Part shown: positions 29,101 through 43,900 of the stretch, piece after piece
How the letters are laid out: each line of letters opens with the position of its first letter
Position numbering within the stretch: position 1 is the first letter of the stretch
Assembly (NCBI GenBank): GCA_051362555.1
Contig: CM120642.1
Coordinates: 8,680,001 to 8,744,000 of the forward strand
DNA from: Lingula anatina
Taxonomy: Eukaryota > Animalia > Brachiopoda
Length of the DNA: 64,000 bases
Reading direction: 5' to 3'
Notes under the pieces: model-generated
The model's input: the letters and a program-made list of their open reading frames with translations, nothing else
The model's database searches: none
What the model was told of the DNA's origin: nothing
Program-made: the position numbers and the translations under genes

Positions 29101-32100
29101 ATCTGCCATTAAAGAGAGAGAAGGATTGGTGGAGGGGGACCGGGAGAGATTTTGGGAGATATTTTTGAAATAAAGGACACTGTGATTTTATTGATAGATA
29201 TCTAAACAAAATACAGAGTCCAGACTGTTATTCTGATTTGATCTCAGAACTTACAAACATTCTACGTAACCCAGTTGCTGGAACCTAGGATGAGCTGGTG
29301 ATTATCATCCAAACTGACAATTAAGCTGCAAGTTTTTCCACAACTCAAGTCTACGATAACTCACATTCTACATTATGGCAATGATTACAATAAGAGTAAC
29401 CTGATGGCTAAGCTTCTTGTTTTCCTAAAACTCAAATACATTCTATCCACCATTCAAAATATAAGTTATGTTAACATGGCCATAAACATGGCTTTCATAC
29501 CTAGAAGAGGATGAGACAGAGACTGTCCTCCAAACAAGTGGCTCAGCTTTATGTGTTGATATATCTCAAATAAACTTTATCCCTGTTTCTAACTTAATTA
29601 CAATCTTGGTTAGAATCAAGGTATGTCAACACGGCTGTAAACACGACTTTCAAACTTGAAAGAAGATGACACAATGACTGTCTGCCTAACTGGCGGCTAA
29701 GCCCCATGTTTTGCCGTAACTCAAACATAATCCACCCCTGTCCCTGTCTACAAGGCTGTGATTGCTGCCATTACAATGAGATTTGTCCAGGATTACGACT
29801 CTCCACTATCATATCACTGTGACGGCCAGTGCAAGGCGAGAGCGGTATTCCATTCATTCCCTTTCAGGGCTCACCCTCCCATGAAACAATCCATATACCA
29901 CTTGCAAGATGCTAACACTTTTGTTAAAAGGATTTTAACATAACGTTTTGTTTGCTTATTTGTAAAACATTTTCACTATTCCCTGTGCTGAGAAGTGTTA
30001 TTTAAATTTTTATAATTTCTTTAGGGTAACAAAACTAATCTTCAGTTCAAATTTTTCAGTAATAAACCTGTTTCTTCCTAAAAAAAACCAACAGAACTAT
30101 TATTTGCTTGGTCTGACCTTTTAATCTGTCATACTTACACAGATCAGAGTGCCCTTATATTTACAATTTAAAAACACTTTGCCCTCAAAATATCATATTT
30201 CTATTGTCCCCATTTACAGTCATTTCATTTGCATTAATTTCATAGTCAAAACTGTTTTTACTTGGGCATGTCATCTAACATAAAAGAATGGGTCTGGTAA
30301 CCCAGCTTTAAAAAAGGTCAACTGGCGATAGCATGGCAAAAAGTATTAAGCAAATGCAAACAGCATTACCATATATTCCATATCATTTCATATATCAATC
30401 TATTTATACAGGCTTATGGGAGTTTGTGCTGCATTATTTCTGGTCTCTTAAACACAAAGCAGTGCAAGTAAACTGATGGCCCTACCCAAAAACTGATTCC
30501 CCTTACCACATAAGTTAAGATTTCCTAATACAGGTTTTCAAAATCACTGAGATGTGGCATTTTTTGGGTGATAAAATATAATCCAATAAAAGCGCATTTT
30601 ATCAGACAGTAACCTAAGACTTAAATGAGTAAGCAACATTTTACCTGTCATGTTAGACCTGTCACAACACCACAGGGCGTCATTTACATATTTTTTCTTT
30701 TTTGTATTAGCACAGGTGTGGGTCAGAGAGTGCAAATCTTTGTGTCTGTTTGTTCTCAATATATGTATGCACTGAATCAATTAGTCACAGTATCAATCTC
30801 TTTATATACACCACGACATTAAGAAGCTAATTAATGCCAAGGCAAAAGTAATTATCCCTGACCACGAATCACCTGTAAGAAGCAAACCTTGACAATATTT
30901 GCAAGGTCATTCAAAATTGTTGAAGCTTGTATCACTTATGTTCATCTTCAGATGACATTATAGGCACCGCATGGTCATTAATAATTTACATGGCATTAAG
31001 ACAAGGTGAGCAACCCCAAAAAGCACCCCAAAAGCCCCTAAAGAATCTAATGACAATCTACAAAATGTGACAGCCTGCCTAAAAATCCTGACAATTCTTA
31101 CTGCATCCCTAAAACTATGATCTAATTAGGAACATAATTAGGGTATTTTGGGCATGTGCACAAGTGACAACCTCTCAGGTGTGGCCCTTTCACCTTTGAC
31201 CCCCGCAGAATCTCCCACTCAACGCCCTAAAGACCACAACTGCATTGTCCACAACTGCCATTCATAGTGACCAGTGCATACTTTGACAATGAGACCTAGC
31301 CTGTGTTGATTATATACTACTGCAGAATCATGCATAAAGTAGTAGTCAAAAATCAATGGTTACAGCGAAGTATGAATGAACAGGCAGGAAGTTTGAGGAG
31401 AGTTTTGACAATGGGAACACGATCAATGTACATTTGGCGAAAAGGTGCAAGTGCCCAATTCACACATTTTAGATCACTTCAAGATCGGGCTAAAATTGGT
31501 CTGATAAATTAGTAAAGCTGAGGAAATCTTGAGTGTAACCTGCCATTTCATACCCAACACTCAACACAAAGTTGATTGCATGATGGCATGCTGTGGCCCC
31601 ATTACAACTGAGCGAAATCAGCAACACTGAAGTGAAAAAAAATGAACAAATGAACCCAATCTGCATTACTGATTATAATGTGAACAGATCCAAACTTTAT
31701 TCAAATGACCCTGTATTCATAACCAATCATAATGAGGGTATTGTCATTCATAAGTTCAGAGATGTAAGGCATGTGATTCTGTTCCAATATAAATATATAC
31801 AATCTTCTTGTCATAACTAACTGATCCAGGGCACTAGCTACCAGTCTGTACAGTACATTCTTGCATGCATATATATCTGCATACTTTAATTCACTGTAAT
31901 TTTAGAGACTGGGCATAAACAAATATTAAATTTTTCATTGCCTGTATTTACCTGACAGAAATCCAGGCCACACTTACAGCATTCAAGTAAATAAAGAAAA
32001 AGCTTTCAAAAACATAAAACATTCCCGATATTTCTGTTCAAAACTTGAAGTCTCTACTTGGAGTCAATATTTCTAAACTTTAGCCCTGTTGTGTCAAGAC

Positions 32101-35072
32101 AAAATGTCCTGATAGCTCACAGTGCTGACATCTTTGCAGGGGGTCCAGTTAATTGATGGCTGTTACAGGAGATAGCTGGAGTCCGCTGTCAAGTTGGAGA
32201 CAAAGCGGCCTGATTAATATCACATCTCAGGAAAGGCTGAACATTGAACAATCAAGACAGGAAAGATGACTTGTAGTTTAAGAAATATATTATCTTATAA
32301 AGGTCTATTATTTATGATTTGTATTACATAACTGAGTGTCCTTCGCATGCTGTTTGGCATCTCCATTCTAATATCTATTTGATGAGTAAATACTGTTCAT
32401 AAGTTAACTTGTGACATGGACATCACCAGTTAAATGCCTATCAACATGAATGCCAGGACATTATTCAAAAAGCAATGAATTTTTTTTCTCTTCTTGAAGT
32501 CCTTCTAAATAACAGCGATTAACACATAATCTAATAAAACAAAACAATTATTCTATCAATGAAAAATGTATTCAACTTGCAAACCTAGAAAACAGCTTTC
32601 CTACTAGCTGTCAAGTCAATGTTCTACTAATAAAAATGAACAGGTGTACTCCATGTAAAAAAAAGTCTAAGGAGTAAATATACAGACAAAAGAATTTGTT
32701 TTCAATCCTGAAATGTAATCTCAAGACAAACAGGCCACCAACAAACCAGAAATTGGACAAGGGAGATTTTTCAGGAAAAAAACAAAATCCGTGTCTTTCT
32801 GATGTCTACTCCTCAAGTTTCAAAACCCTCCATCCCTAACACCACACCTGACTGCCCAAAGACCTTTCTAAGCCGCATTCACATGAGCACCAACTTATTC
32901 TTAACTGCAACACCAGACAGTTCAACAATATATTTTATTTAGTCTGGGGTATGATCCCAGGTACTGATGTAAACTGGTAGGATCAACAGGCCCTTAGCCA
33001 TTGAGGTTCATGGGATTCAAATGAACTGTCCTTTTTCGGGGTAAACTTTGATATAAGTACACAGACGTTTCATGATAAAAAGGTTGACTTTTCAGAAAAA
33101 AGAACCCCCTTTGAAATTAGTTGCTATGTGCCTGCTAATTATGTCAGTCTCAGTCTATTTCTGATCCAAGATAGCCCTGTCAGGGTGATGTGAACACAGC
33201 AACTGGAGATTTAGAGGATACAAAGAGCAGATGAGAGTCTAACCCATGCCAGCCACCACACAAAGGGCCAGAGATCCAGAGGAAGTGTTAATAGAACAGA
33301 TGGACATCAGTACAATAAGGACCACTGGGCAGGCGTTGAATACACCTTCATCTCTCACCTGTATCATTTCTATAAGCGAGATGAAAGAAGGCCTGTCTGA
33401 ACCCCTGCAGTGGGCTGACTATCACCTGTGCAGCTATTCAAGTCTATTCAGAGTTATTACATGAGAGCTGTCCAAGGTGTTGTATATGCTGGCTTTCGTG
33501 GACCCATGAAAAAGTACTTAGTTTATTGTGTGTGGATCAGTCTACTGGGGTAGAACTTGGTGATGGTTGTATATGGCTGCTCCATACTGATGCCAAACTA
33601 GTTCTGAATAAAGAACCCAACTGACTGTCTGTCTTTTATGCTCAATGTTAAAATAAAATGTAAAATCTAGTGAGTGCTTTGAAGGAAAGGAGGAAAAATC
33701 AGTGGTTTTGACTTTTTCCCCTTTTTGAGGCTTTAAAATGCTGCTTTTTTCTTGTCAATTAAGACTATACCAGTTAACAATTGAGAACTTAAAAAGAGGT
33801 AATCCGAGTTTACAAATATAATTATACAACATTTTAGCATAAGAAAACTTAAATGTATATACAAAAGCTACCTTGAACAACTATTCTTCCTAGACAGAAA
33901 GAAATCCCTTCATCATCTAAATGAAATTTGATGTGCATACTCTCTCAAAATTCTATAAAAAAAGAAACGCCAAGCTTTCAAAACACTTGTCCAACAAAGG
34001 AGTCTAATATGCACACCTGTCCCGAAACTTAATTAACACAATCCTTCCAATACACCAAAAAATTAATTTGATTTTTCTTTAATCATTACATCAGCGCCAG
34101 CACTACCAGAGAACCCCATTTAGTGTCTAAATTTAACCGTTAAGACTTCAAAGATATGGCCCTTTGTCTACATTCCATTTGTATTGTTAAAGGCGGCCCA
34201 AGAAAATAAAGGTATGGGATCACCACAACAGAGGGCAGGCTTGTAACTAACAAAACACTGCTCCGACAATTGGGTTCCCTTCAGGCACTTACTCTGTTTG
34301 AACAAGGAAATAATGCTCATTTCACACAAGCCTTCCTTATCCAAATTTTCACCCAATATCTAAACCTGCACAGGAATGAATTTATATATTACAGACAGTG
34401 TGTTACTTTCAGTTTTCCTTCTGTTAAGCAGGGAAATTCATATTAAATGGCCAAATCATGCCATCACCATCCAGGTTTGTCTTTATGAAATATGACTAAT
34501 TGCATGAAATATGCACGAATTTCACTCTCCATTTATCTAATTGAAGTTTTTGATATCGCAACAATAATATAACCGGACATATAGCCATGTATGAATCTGT
34601 TTTCTAACTGAAATTATATAAAATTCAAAGTATAGCTGACCCACAATATTTGTACCTAGACCTAAAACAGCAATGAATCTTTCAGGTGAAACAAGCCATT
34701 CCCTACATTCAGTCAGGTGCTCGAGAGATCACTAATCCCTAGGTCAATACCACACTGGACCTGACTGACCATGCCTTTGACCAGCTTTCTACCATTTCAA
34801 TTATTTACTGGCCACACAGAGGTGGGTATTAGCCCCAGTAATCACCTAGGGTCAATCAGGCAAATGGAGAATTCACTGGATCTATATAAAATGGGTATTA
34901 GTTAGGACTAATTCCTGAGGTAAATTGAGCAAAGATAAAATCACTCTACACAATGTCAAAAGATGGGGATTTAGGTAACAATGGCCTCTGTTTAGTCTAG
35001 AGGTAAAGGTTAATGCTGAATTTTGAATTTTAAATGCTGAATTATTTCATGGTATCTATTTGAATGTCCAAC

Positions 35073-35075
<3 letters not shown>

Positions 35076-35122
<47 letters not shown>
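35076..35122. repeat. (CA)n microsatellite
   Basis: Pure CA run. Confidence 0.95.
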
Positions 35123-35127
<5 letters not shown>

Positions 35128-37727
35128 TAGTGAATGATGACCCACGGTCAATCAGTGGGTAAAACAAGTGGACATGCACTTGCTGGCATGGCGTGAGAGG
35201 GCAGATCAGACAGCCTAATGCACATCAACACAGGGGCACCGGGTCTGGGAAACTCTACACCTCATTATATTCTATCCCAGGTAGCCTGACTGCTCCTATT
35301 ACATGGTCAGACTCACACGGCGCTGGAAGGCCTGTTCAGACCAAGATTACTTTTTGACTGGAAAAAGGCCCAAATGGTATATTTAGAGAAACATTGCACA
35401 GAGCAGATCCATGGAGAAGTGTTTGTCTTTATTCTCATCACATGATATCATAATTTACTAATAGTCTGATTTCTCATAAAATGCACTCTATGGATGATTA
35501 CCGTAAGACCACTGGACGATGCCTAAATATTAATTGACCGATTCTTGGCCAGTGTGAATATGACTATTGAGAGCCTGTCTTGCATGATAACATTCCAATG
35601 GCTACATATCACAAATAACACAAAGTCCATGAAAAACTGATATAGATGAAAACTTGCTGATAAACAGGTGCACGCTTCTTTAATTTCAGTTTTCAAAATA
35701 TTTAAAAACACATAAGTGGTCACTTATAAGTTTATAATGTGTGTCAAAAATAACAGAAATGAGAGAGAGATGGCCTGCCATGTACTAGAACTTGAAAATG
35801 AACAAGGAGTTTGTCTGTGTATATATCTACTCTAATCTTAATGTCTTAATTAAGCATATCAGACATGCCTCCAGATCCAGAAATGACAAGTGCTTTTTAT
35901 AAATCACTTATTGAGAGATTGTTCTATGCGATTTGAATGTCAATCTGCCCACATGTCATTATCAGCTTAAAAAAAGGTCCCAAGACCTTTACTGATAATA
36001 TAAATAACTAACAGAAGAGACTGATCACAGCCTTATCTCAATACCGATGTCTAAATTCATACATACCAAAAATAAGACTAACACTGAAGGGCTCAGGTAG
36101 CGATAAAATAAATAAAATCTACCTGATAAATATGCTCAATTGTAAAATTGGGGTATTTTTAGACCACAGATAACCTACTAGTGATTTTATGAAGTACTGC
36201 ACACCTAGGATATATACATACAATGCAGAATATCATAGTGAAATGATATATACTGGAATTAACTTTATTCTAAATTTCAGCCAGTTTCCTTCCTCATCCT
36301 ACCACAAACTTAGTCTGACTTGTATCTCTCACTGCACCAGTGATTTAATAATGGCCATTATAGTTACTCAGCTATTTTATCTGTGCCGAAATGCAGGTTG
36401 ATTAATAGTGTGACCTAGTACATTCTCTGGCTTCTGATAAAGTTAACTGATATGTATTTTTTTTGAAGGAAATACCTTTACTTGTCCTTCTTTTGAAACA
36501 GACTGTTTTCAGTCACATCCTTTAACTTCATTTGCCGACTTCAGCTATCTAGCCAAAGGCTGTATATTTGATGCATTACTTATTACTAGTACTCTGATCA
36601 ATGTGTCAGAATTAAAATTCAAATCTACCCTTTTTTAAGTCTACAGTAAAACATCATTCAAAAGCTAGATATAACCCAACATGGAGCTCATCCTTCACAT
36701 TCTCACAAATTATACATAGCACTGTCTTATTTCCACACTTCTCTGTCATTTAGATCAAAATCTCCTAACAACTGGGAAAATATTTTGCCTTTTGGGTTTA
36801 AGCTACTTAACCCAGAGAAGGCTTCATAACGTTGATGTGGGGGCCCCATGACAGACAAGGGCATGTTGTTTCTGGAATCAAACAGGACAGCCCAAACACC
36901 TCCATATAATGTAGACCTAATACTTGTGACCCTACTTAATTCAACAGGAGTCCCTACAGAACAAACAGCAGGGCAAACAAAACCAGGAACACCTGAAACT
37001 GAGCACAGCAACCTTCAGGGTCATCAATCCCTTGCAGATAACTCACAAGTGTTAACACAGGGAAGATCCTCGTCTGTTTGGGGATCACGCAATTTATACC
37101 TCTCAGTGATAACAGAGACAGCGGTACTCTTTTTGTACAAACACGGTTCTCAAATATGAAAGCTGGAAATCTACAGGCTACTTCAAAAGATGTGTTGTAA
37201 CCAGGAAATGGGCCCTTGTTCCTACACCTGTCTTGTGATACTTTACTACAGAGACGACATACGGTTATATGTTAAAACATGATAATAAACAGCTGGTTCC
37301 AAAACACATTATGGGGAGGAGTGGTGAGGGACATGTAGCAACCTATGTCTCTGTGATCATAGACCTGCGTTATCTTTGTTTCCACCTATGTTAAATGCTA
37401 TCCACAAGGGCACCAGGCCAAGCTATTATTTCAATGATTACTAGTAAATGAAAGTCAGAGCAGGCTTCCTATTTGTTGAAATAGTGTGACTGAAACTGTG
37501 CCCCAAGTTATATCATTTGGTGCTCAATAAAACAATGATTATACTTAGTTCAGACAAATATTTTCCATCAACCAATTTCTCCCTTTTCAATATGGTAAAA
37601 ATGGAGAACAATATTATCATGCATTTAGCTGCATTTAGTGACTTGTAGATGAAACATGAAATTTCACCTAACTGGCTGAAACAAAAAAATTAACGAGAAC
37701 AAATATGACCAGAAAAGCAGGACCTAC

Positions 37728-40700
37728 CTGTGTTTTCCTAGTCTTGCTGGTGCTGCCAGATACATCTATGGCATAAACATCAACACTGAAACTATGCTGT
37801 CCAAGATCATAGTCCAGGGACACTGCTGTGGTCACTACACCTGTCTGTCGGTCAATAGCGAAATACCTGGGCATTTGTTGGCCACTGGAGGTAATCCCTG
37901 TGATGTAGTATTCTACTTGAGCTCCTGGGGAACTGGCCTGCACTTGAACAGATACACTGGTCCCTGGGGTCTGGTTTTCATACACTGATCCACTGTAGGG
38001 GGTGCTCCCAGTGAACGTGGGCCCATTCTCAGTGGTAGCTTTGATGATGATATCGATGGTTGACGTTGAGGAAAGTCTCGGGGTGCCGGAGTCTGTTGCT
38101 GTCACACTGACGGAGTATTTGAGACGCGAACTCGGGATGCTTGATTTTAAGAGGAGGACACCCGTGTTGCTCTGTAGGGTGAATAAGTTTGTATCTCCTC
38201 CTGACAGAGTGTACGTGACAACCCCATTAGGTCCCGCGTCGGGGTCTTCAGCATGCACATTCATGACCTGAGAGCCTGCCTGTCCCAACACAGACACCGC
38301 CGCTGCTGTTAGTGATGTAAAAACTGGGGCGTTGTCGTTCACATCATCAACCAAGATAGTGACAGTTTTCAGTGATGATCTACGTGTGTTCACGGGTGTG
38401 GCTTGGTCTGTTCCTTTAACTGTGAGGTTAAAACGACCAATTAACTCCCTGTCTATTCTCTTTTTGGCAATTATCTGTCCAGAAGTTGGATTAATGTCAA
38501 AATAGTCACCAACAGGGTCCTGATGGAGGATGGAATATCTTATTTCTCCATTGGTTCCAGAGTCTAAATCAGTGGCAGTTAAAACTGCAACAGGGATATT
38601 GGGGTTGTTATTCTCAGCAACATGGAACACTGCAGGCTGTGTGGAAAACTGGGGAGAGTTATCATTGGAATCCTGAACACTGACAACAAAAATAACTGTT
38701 GTGTCCTGTCTAGGACTTCCTCTGTCACTGGCCATAATTTCTAGCAGATACTGAGGGGTCTGTTCATAGTCCAGCTTCTTCTGTAGGTAAAGCTTGCCAG
38801 ACTTGGCATCCAGGTTGAATGTGTTGTCTGTGTTACCACTTGCAATGCTGAACTGTATTGCAGCATTGTTGAGTATATCGGCATCTGTGGCTGAAAACTG
38901 GGTGATGAATTCCCCAGGGGTTGCCGTTTCACTTATATCAGCTCTCAGTGTAGTGTGGATAAACTGTGGGCTATTATCATTGGCATCCAGAACAGTGATT
39001 CTCACAGTGGCGGTCGCAGTAAAAGATGGCGAGTCAGCAGAGTCCTCTGCATTGACAATCAGTGTATAGGTGGAATTGGTCTCACGGTCAAGCTGACCTG
39101 CCACCTTGATGTCCCCTGTACCTGGATCCAGACTGAAAACTCCATCCTCATTCCCACTTTCTATGGAATATGACACTTGTCCATTTACTCCCTGATCTTG
39201 ATCGTTAGCTGTCACTTTCTGAACTAAAGTTGTTACAGGCGCACTTTCAAATACTGTAGCTTCATACAATATGTGTGTAAAAACTGGGGCGTTGTCATTT
39301 CGATCTATGATGCGCACCTCCACAGTGGCTGTATCCCGCAGCCTATGAAGTCCATTGTCCATAACAGTGACCTCAAACATGACATAATCCTGGAGAAATT
39401 GGCGTCTGATTTCCTCTCGATCGAATGATCTTAATGTTGAAATGGCTCCAGTTGTTGGATTGATGGTGAAATCTGTCTGATCACTTGAGATGAAATAGAA
39501 GAGCTCAGCATTGCGATCCGTGTCTCTATCTGTGGCGCTAACAGAGCCAATGTAGGTGCCAGCCTCACTGTTTTCGTATACCTGCATGACGTAGGAAGAA
39601 TTTGTGAACTGTGGAGGGTTGTCATTGTCATCACGCACGTGTATGGTTACATTCACAAATGAGCTACGAGAGGGAGTACCCCTGTCCTCAGCTTTAATGG
39701 TAAGATGATAAATTTCCTGAGCTTCGCGATCCAATTCCTGGGCTATATACAACACACCATCAGGGAAAATCTTAAAGAAGGCTGTGCCTCCCCTAGTGAT
39801 GTTATATACTACCTCTCCGTTCTGTCCGCCGTCGGCATCTGTTGCTGTCACTTGGAAGAAACGGTGATTTACAGGAAGGGCTTCACTCACAGCGATCTCG
39901 TATCTCGACTGCTGAAAACTTGGGGTGTGGTCATTCACATCTATAACATTAATGGTCACTTCCATGCTGGACGATCTTTGTGGCAGCCCTTTGTCTCTAA
40001 CAGTAACATGAACAGTGAATGAGTTTACTCCCCCACGGGTCCAGCTTACTGGTTTCTCCAGCTCTATCACCCCTGTTGATTGGCCTATGGAGAATGTACC
40101 ATTGGCATCAGAGGTAAGGATGTATGATAGTTCAGAATTGGAGCCATAATCCACATCTACTGCCTCGGCACGATAAACCTTATGCCCTACTTGTAATTTT
40201 TCAGGCATAGAAACCTCTACCCTGTTGGCTGGGAATTGTGGAGCATTATCATTTGCATCTGTGACAGTCACGTGGACTGTACTTTCACTGAACAAGGTGC
40301 CATCACTTGCTATGACCTTCAGGGTATAGAAAGGCTGCATTTCTCTGTCTAGAATCTTTGCTGTGATTATATTTCCTGTGCTCTGGCCAATAGAAAATAC
40401 CCCCTTTGGATCACCGTCAGCTATTTCAAAGGTGACTCCTGTGACTGAGCCAGTGACTCGTACCTGGCCTACATTCCGAGGGACAAACTGGTTTCCTGTA
40501 TCCTCCATTATGGTGAAACTATAGGACGACGTGGAAAACTGTGGACCTGAACTCCCAGGGACGGTGACAGAGACAAGAACAGTGGCAAAGTGCTTCACAG
40601 ATGGATTAGCTACTTCATAGGTGGACACAGTCAAATTGTACCTGGTTCCTTGGCTTTGCCTTAGCTCCTGTGTGGTACTGATAACCCCACTGACAGCATC

Positions 40701-42869
40701 GATTGTGAACTTTCCATCGGCATTGCCATTTTCTATGGCGTACCTCACCAGGGCATTGGTCCCCTCATCCAAGTCGGTGGCCGTGACCTGCTGTACTTGC
40801 ACTGGAGGGGGCATACCCTCCTGCACTGCTGTATAATACCTCTTAGGATAAAACTCAGGAGAATTGTCATTGATATCTGTCACATTCAGATAAACTGTAG
40901 CAGTAGCTGACAGGGGAGGGGTTCCCCCATCTCTAGCTATTACATGTAGCGTATAAAAAGGCACTGTTTCTCTGTCTAATACTTTGGTTGTTTCCAATCG
41001 CCCTGTGGTAGGGGACAAGGAGAAAGTTTGAGGGTATTGAGAATTAACACTGGGTGCAAACACATACTGCACACTTCCATTGGATCCAGAGTCCCTGTCT
41101 GTTGCAGTGAGAACAGTGACTAGAGAGGCAGAAACTGTGCCCTCTACGAGACTAGCATGAATGATTTGTTCCTCAAACTGAGGCACTTCGTCATTTTCAT
41201 CCTGAATGTATACTTTGAGAGAGGCAAATGATATGTAAGGCTGAGACCCACCATCTTGGGCGGAAATATTCATGGTGACTTGTGACACGGTCTCATGGTC
41301 GAGTGGACGTCGTGTGGTGACGAGTCCGGAGTTACGATCAAGCTGAAACCACTGCTGCTGGTTGCCAGACACTATTGTATATGTGATATGTGCGTTGATA
41401 TCCGTGTCGTTATCAGTGGCTGTGAGTCCTGCTACAAAACTCCCCACTGGGGCAAGCTCACTGAGATTTACAACATAGTTGGTTTTTTCAAATACAGGGG
41501 GATGGTCATTTTCATCACTGACATGAATGATAAGATGAGCAGTAGAGGACCTGGGTGGGCTACCCCCATCTTGGGCCAGGATTGTGAGGTTGTACACTTT
41601 AATCCTTTCCCTATCCAAGCTCCCATTAACACGCACTAAGTGCAAGCCTGGAATGGGAGAAACCATGTAAAAGTGGTTCAGTTCATTCCCGTGTATAATA
41701 CGGACATAGGTGTTTTGATTCACCCCCTGGTCTTTGTCACTGACTGACACAAAAGCTACAATGCTATCCTTAGGCACACTCTCAGAAACTGAGGCCATTT
41801 TCGCAGTTTGAGGAATGTACTTGAATGATATGACAGGATCATGGTCGTTTTCGTCTATGAGGCTCACAGTAACATAAGCCCTTCCCTGTAAGGCTTGAGG
41901 CTGGCCATTGTCTCTTGCCTCCACTGTGACTATGCAGCTATTATTACATGTAGCACACCTGGCAGTACACTGTAGTTTCTGTAACGTGGTCAGCACTCCA
42001 GTTTTCGGGTCTATCGCAAACTGAACTGTATCATCTACCACAGAGTATGTGATATCTCCGTTTGACCCCATGTCTCTGTCAGTGGCTCGGACTTGTATCA
42101 CAGTGGTGCCAGCTGGGGCACTTTCATTCACACGAGCAGCATAGTCACTCTGGTCAAACACTGGAGGGGTGTCGTTAATGTCAGTTATTGTGATATTAAC
42201 AAGCAGAAAGCCAGATCTTGGAGGGCTCCCACCATCTTGGGCAGATATGTTGAGCTGATAAAAATCTTTCTCCTCACGATCTAAAGTCACAAGATTTTCC
42301 ACATATAAAAATGGTTGGGATGCCTCTGAGAAGACAACTAACCGAAATTTGTTATCTTCATTGCCTGAGACTATTGTGTATTGTGAAGTTACTGAGTTTA
42401 ATCCCAAGTCAGGATCTGTGGCTGTCCTTAGAACTGCCTGTGTACCGCTAGCTGCAGCTTCTGAATACTCTATGGCTATACTTTGTTGTGGAAAAACTGG
42501 GGAATTATCATTTTCATCTAAAACCTCCACAAAAACATCAATAAAATATATAGGACTGCTGCTTAAAACGACAATTTTCACAGGATTCTCTGTAGGCAAG
42601 TTTTCCCTATCAATATTCGAGGCAGTTTTTAGAATCCCTGTGTTGGGATTGAGACTGAATAAATTTCCTGGGTTTTCACTAAGGACGTACGTAAAATTCG
42701 GAAGAGTTGGTATATCCCCGACCGTTGACCCGATAGCGACATTTTCCCGCACCTGCAGTTGAACGGGGTCGACTGTCCCTGGGCCCTGTCCACGTGAAAA
42801 TGTAAAAAGAAAGAGCAGTTGTAGAACTACCCCTGTCACGGCAACTAGACTACCGTTGGAAGTAGCCAT
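37728..42869 (-). CDS. FAT4: Fat4 coding exon 1 (1714 codons: signal peptide plus about 16 cadherin repeats)
   Basis: ATG at 42869 (MATSNGSLVAVTGVVLQLLFLFTFSRG, a hydrophobic signal); uninterrupted ORF; donor CAG|GTAGGT, phase 0. Confidence 0.93.
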
Positions 42870-43678
42870 GTTAATGTTGACCCAATTTTCTTTGCACAAC
42901 TGCTACTGTGTGCTCCTATTCTCGTCATCAGTTATGTCCCTCCTTATCATTCTGGCGACTTATTTCGACTATCTGACGACAGGCAATATACTACTCATTC
43001 CTTGTCGTAATCTCCGTTATCCTCTTGGGCTAATTTAGGCTGTCTCCTCGATTGACGAAAACCCACGCTTGAGGGTGACACACTCTTGAAACTCTTTGTT
43101 GACCTTAGTCACGACAGCAAGCTTCAAATATCTGCGACTAAACTTCTCCTTTCGAACCCATTGTGGAAGCTGCTTTTCTGTAGGTCCCTTGCAAAGAGTC
43201 TAAGGATAGTGCTCGCATTTCTTTTGCTCGCTTTAAGTTCCCATTTTAGCGATTCTTTTGAGAATTATGAGAGCACATATTTAAATCCTCATCACAGTCG
43301 TTTGCACTATTCAATGCTTGTCAATAGACTGCATTCTTGTACTCAGTGACGTAGCAAGCTCCGCCCTCTGCCGTTTGATTGGCACACCACAGCAGGTCTT
43401 TCAGATTGGTAGATTTTAAATGATGTTGCAGGCAGTGAAGAGTATCATTTAACTTTCAAAATAAGGTTTATAATATTTATTTTAGTATTCTATGACATTA
43501 GCTTTTGATAGGTGTTTAAAAATGATCTTATGGGATTCATAAAATAAAATAATAATTAAACTCGTAAACCTGCAAGTATCAGGTACACTCTTTAGACAAA
43601 AAAGAGCCGATTAGCAGCTGCTCTCCAGTTTGTGGAGTTCCAATCTGTACACACGTGAAGCTAAGAAACTTAAGGAAC
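42870..43678. promoter_or_regulatory. Divergent (probably bidirectional) promoter and 5' UTR region between Fat4 and DIS3
   Basis: Start codons are 809 bp apart. CRE-like TGACGTA at 43347, GC box CCGCCC at 43361, ATTGG (CCAAT on minus) at 43378 and 43405, CACGTG near 43652; more CpG than surrounding introns. Confidence 0.65.
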
Positions 43679-43900
43679 ATGTTAAAATCTAAAATATTTT
43701 TAAAGAAAACGAAAAAGGGGAGTATCCTGAAGGTGGTTCGAGAACACTACCTGAGAGATGACATCTATTGCGGTTCGGAGGCATGTGATGAATGCCCACA
43801 GAAGGATGAAGTCTTGGAATTACGGCCACAGAATCCAAGCAGCGAGATTTCCCCAGACCCACACTACATTATTCCAGATACGAATGTAGTTTTGCACCAG
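43679..43900 (+). CDS. DIS3: DIS3 exon 1
   Basis: ATG 43679 to VVLHQ; donor CAG|GCAAGT (GC donor). Confidence 0.9.

Noticed and set aside
20390-37159. Many short ORFs in Fat4 intron 1 as a possible nested gene
   Set aside because: No protein motifs, no transposase or reverse transcriptase signature, and no phase-consistent exon chain found.
37794-42762. Antisense and alternate-frame ORFs over Fat4 exons (also 981-5661)
   Set aside because: Shadow ORFs of the cadherin coding frame.
42870-42899. ORF-track start at 42899 for Fat4
   Set aside because: Non-ATG start; the first ATG at 42869 directly precedes the signal peptide.
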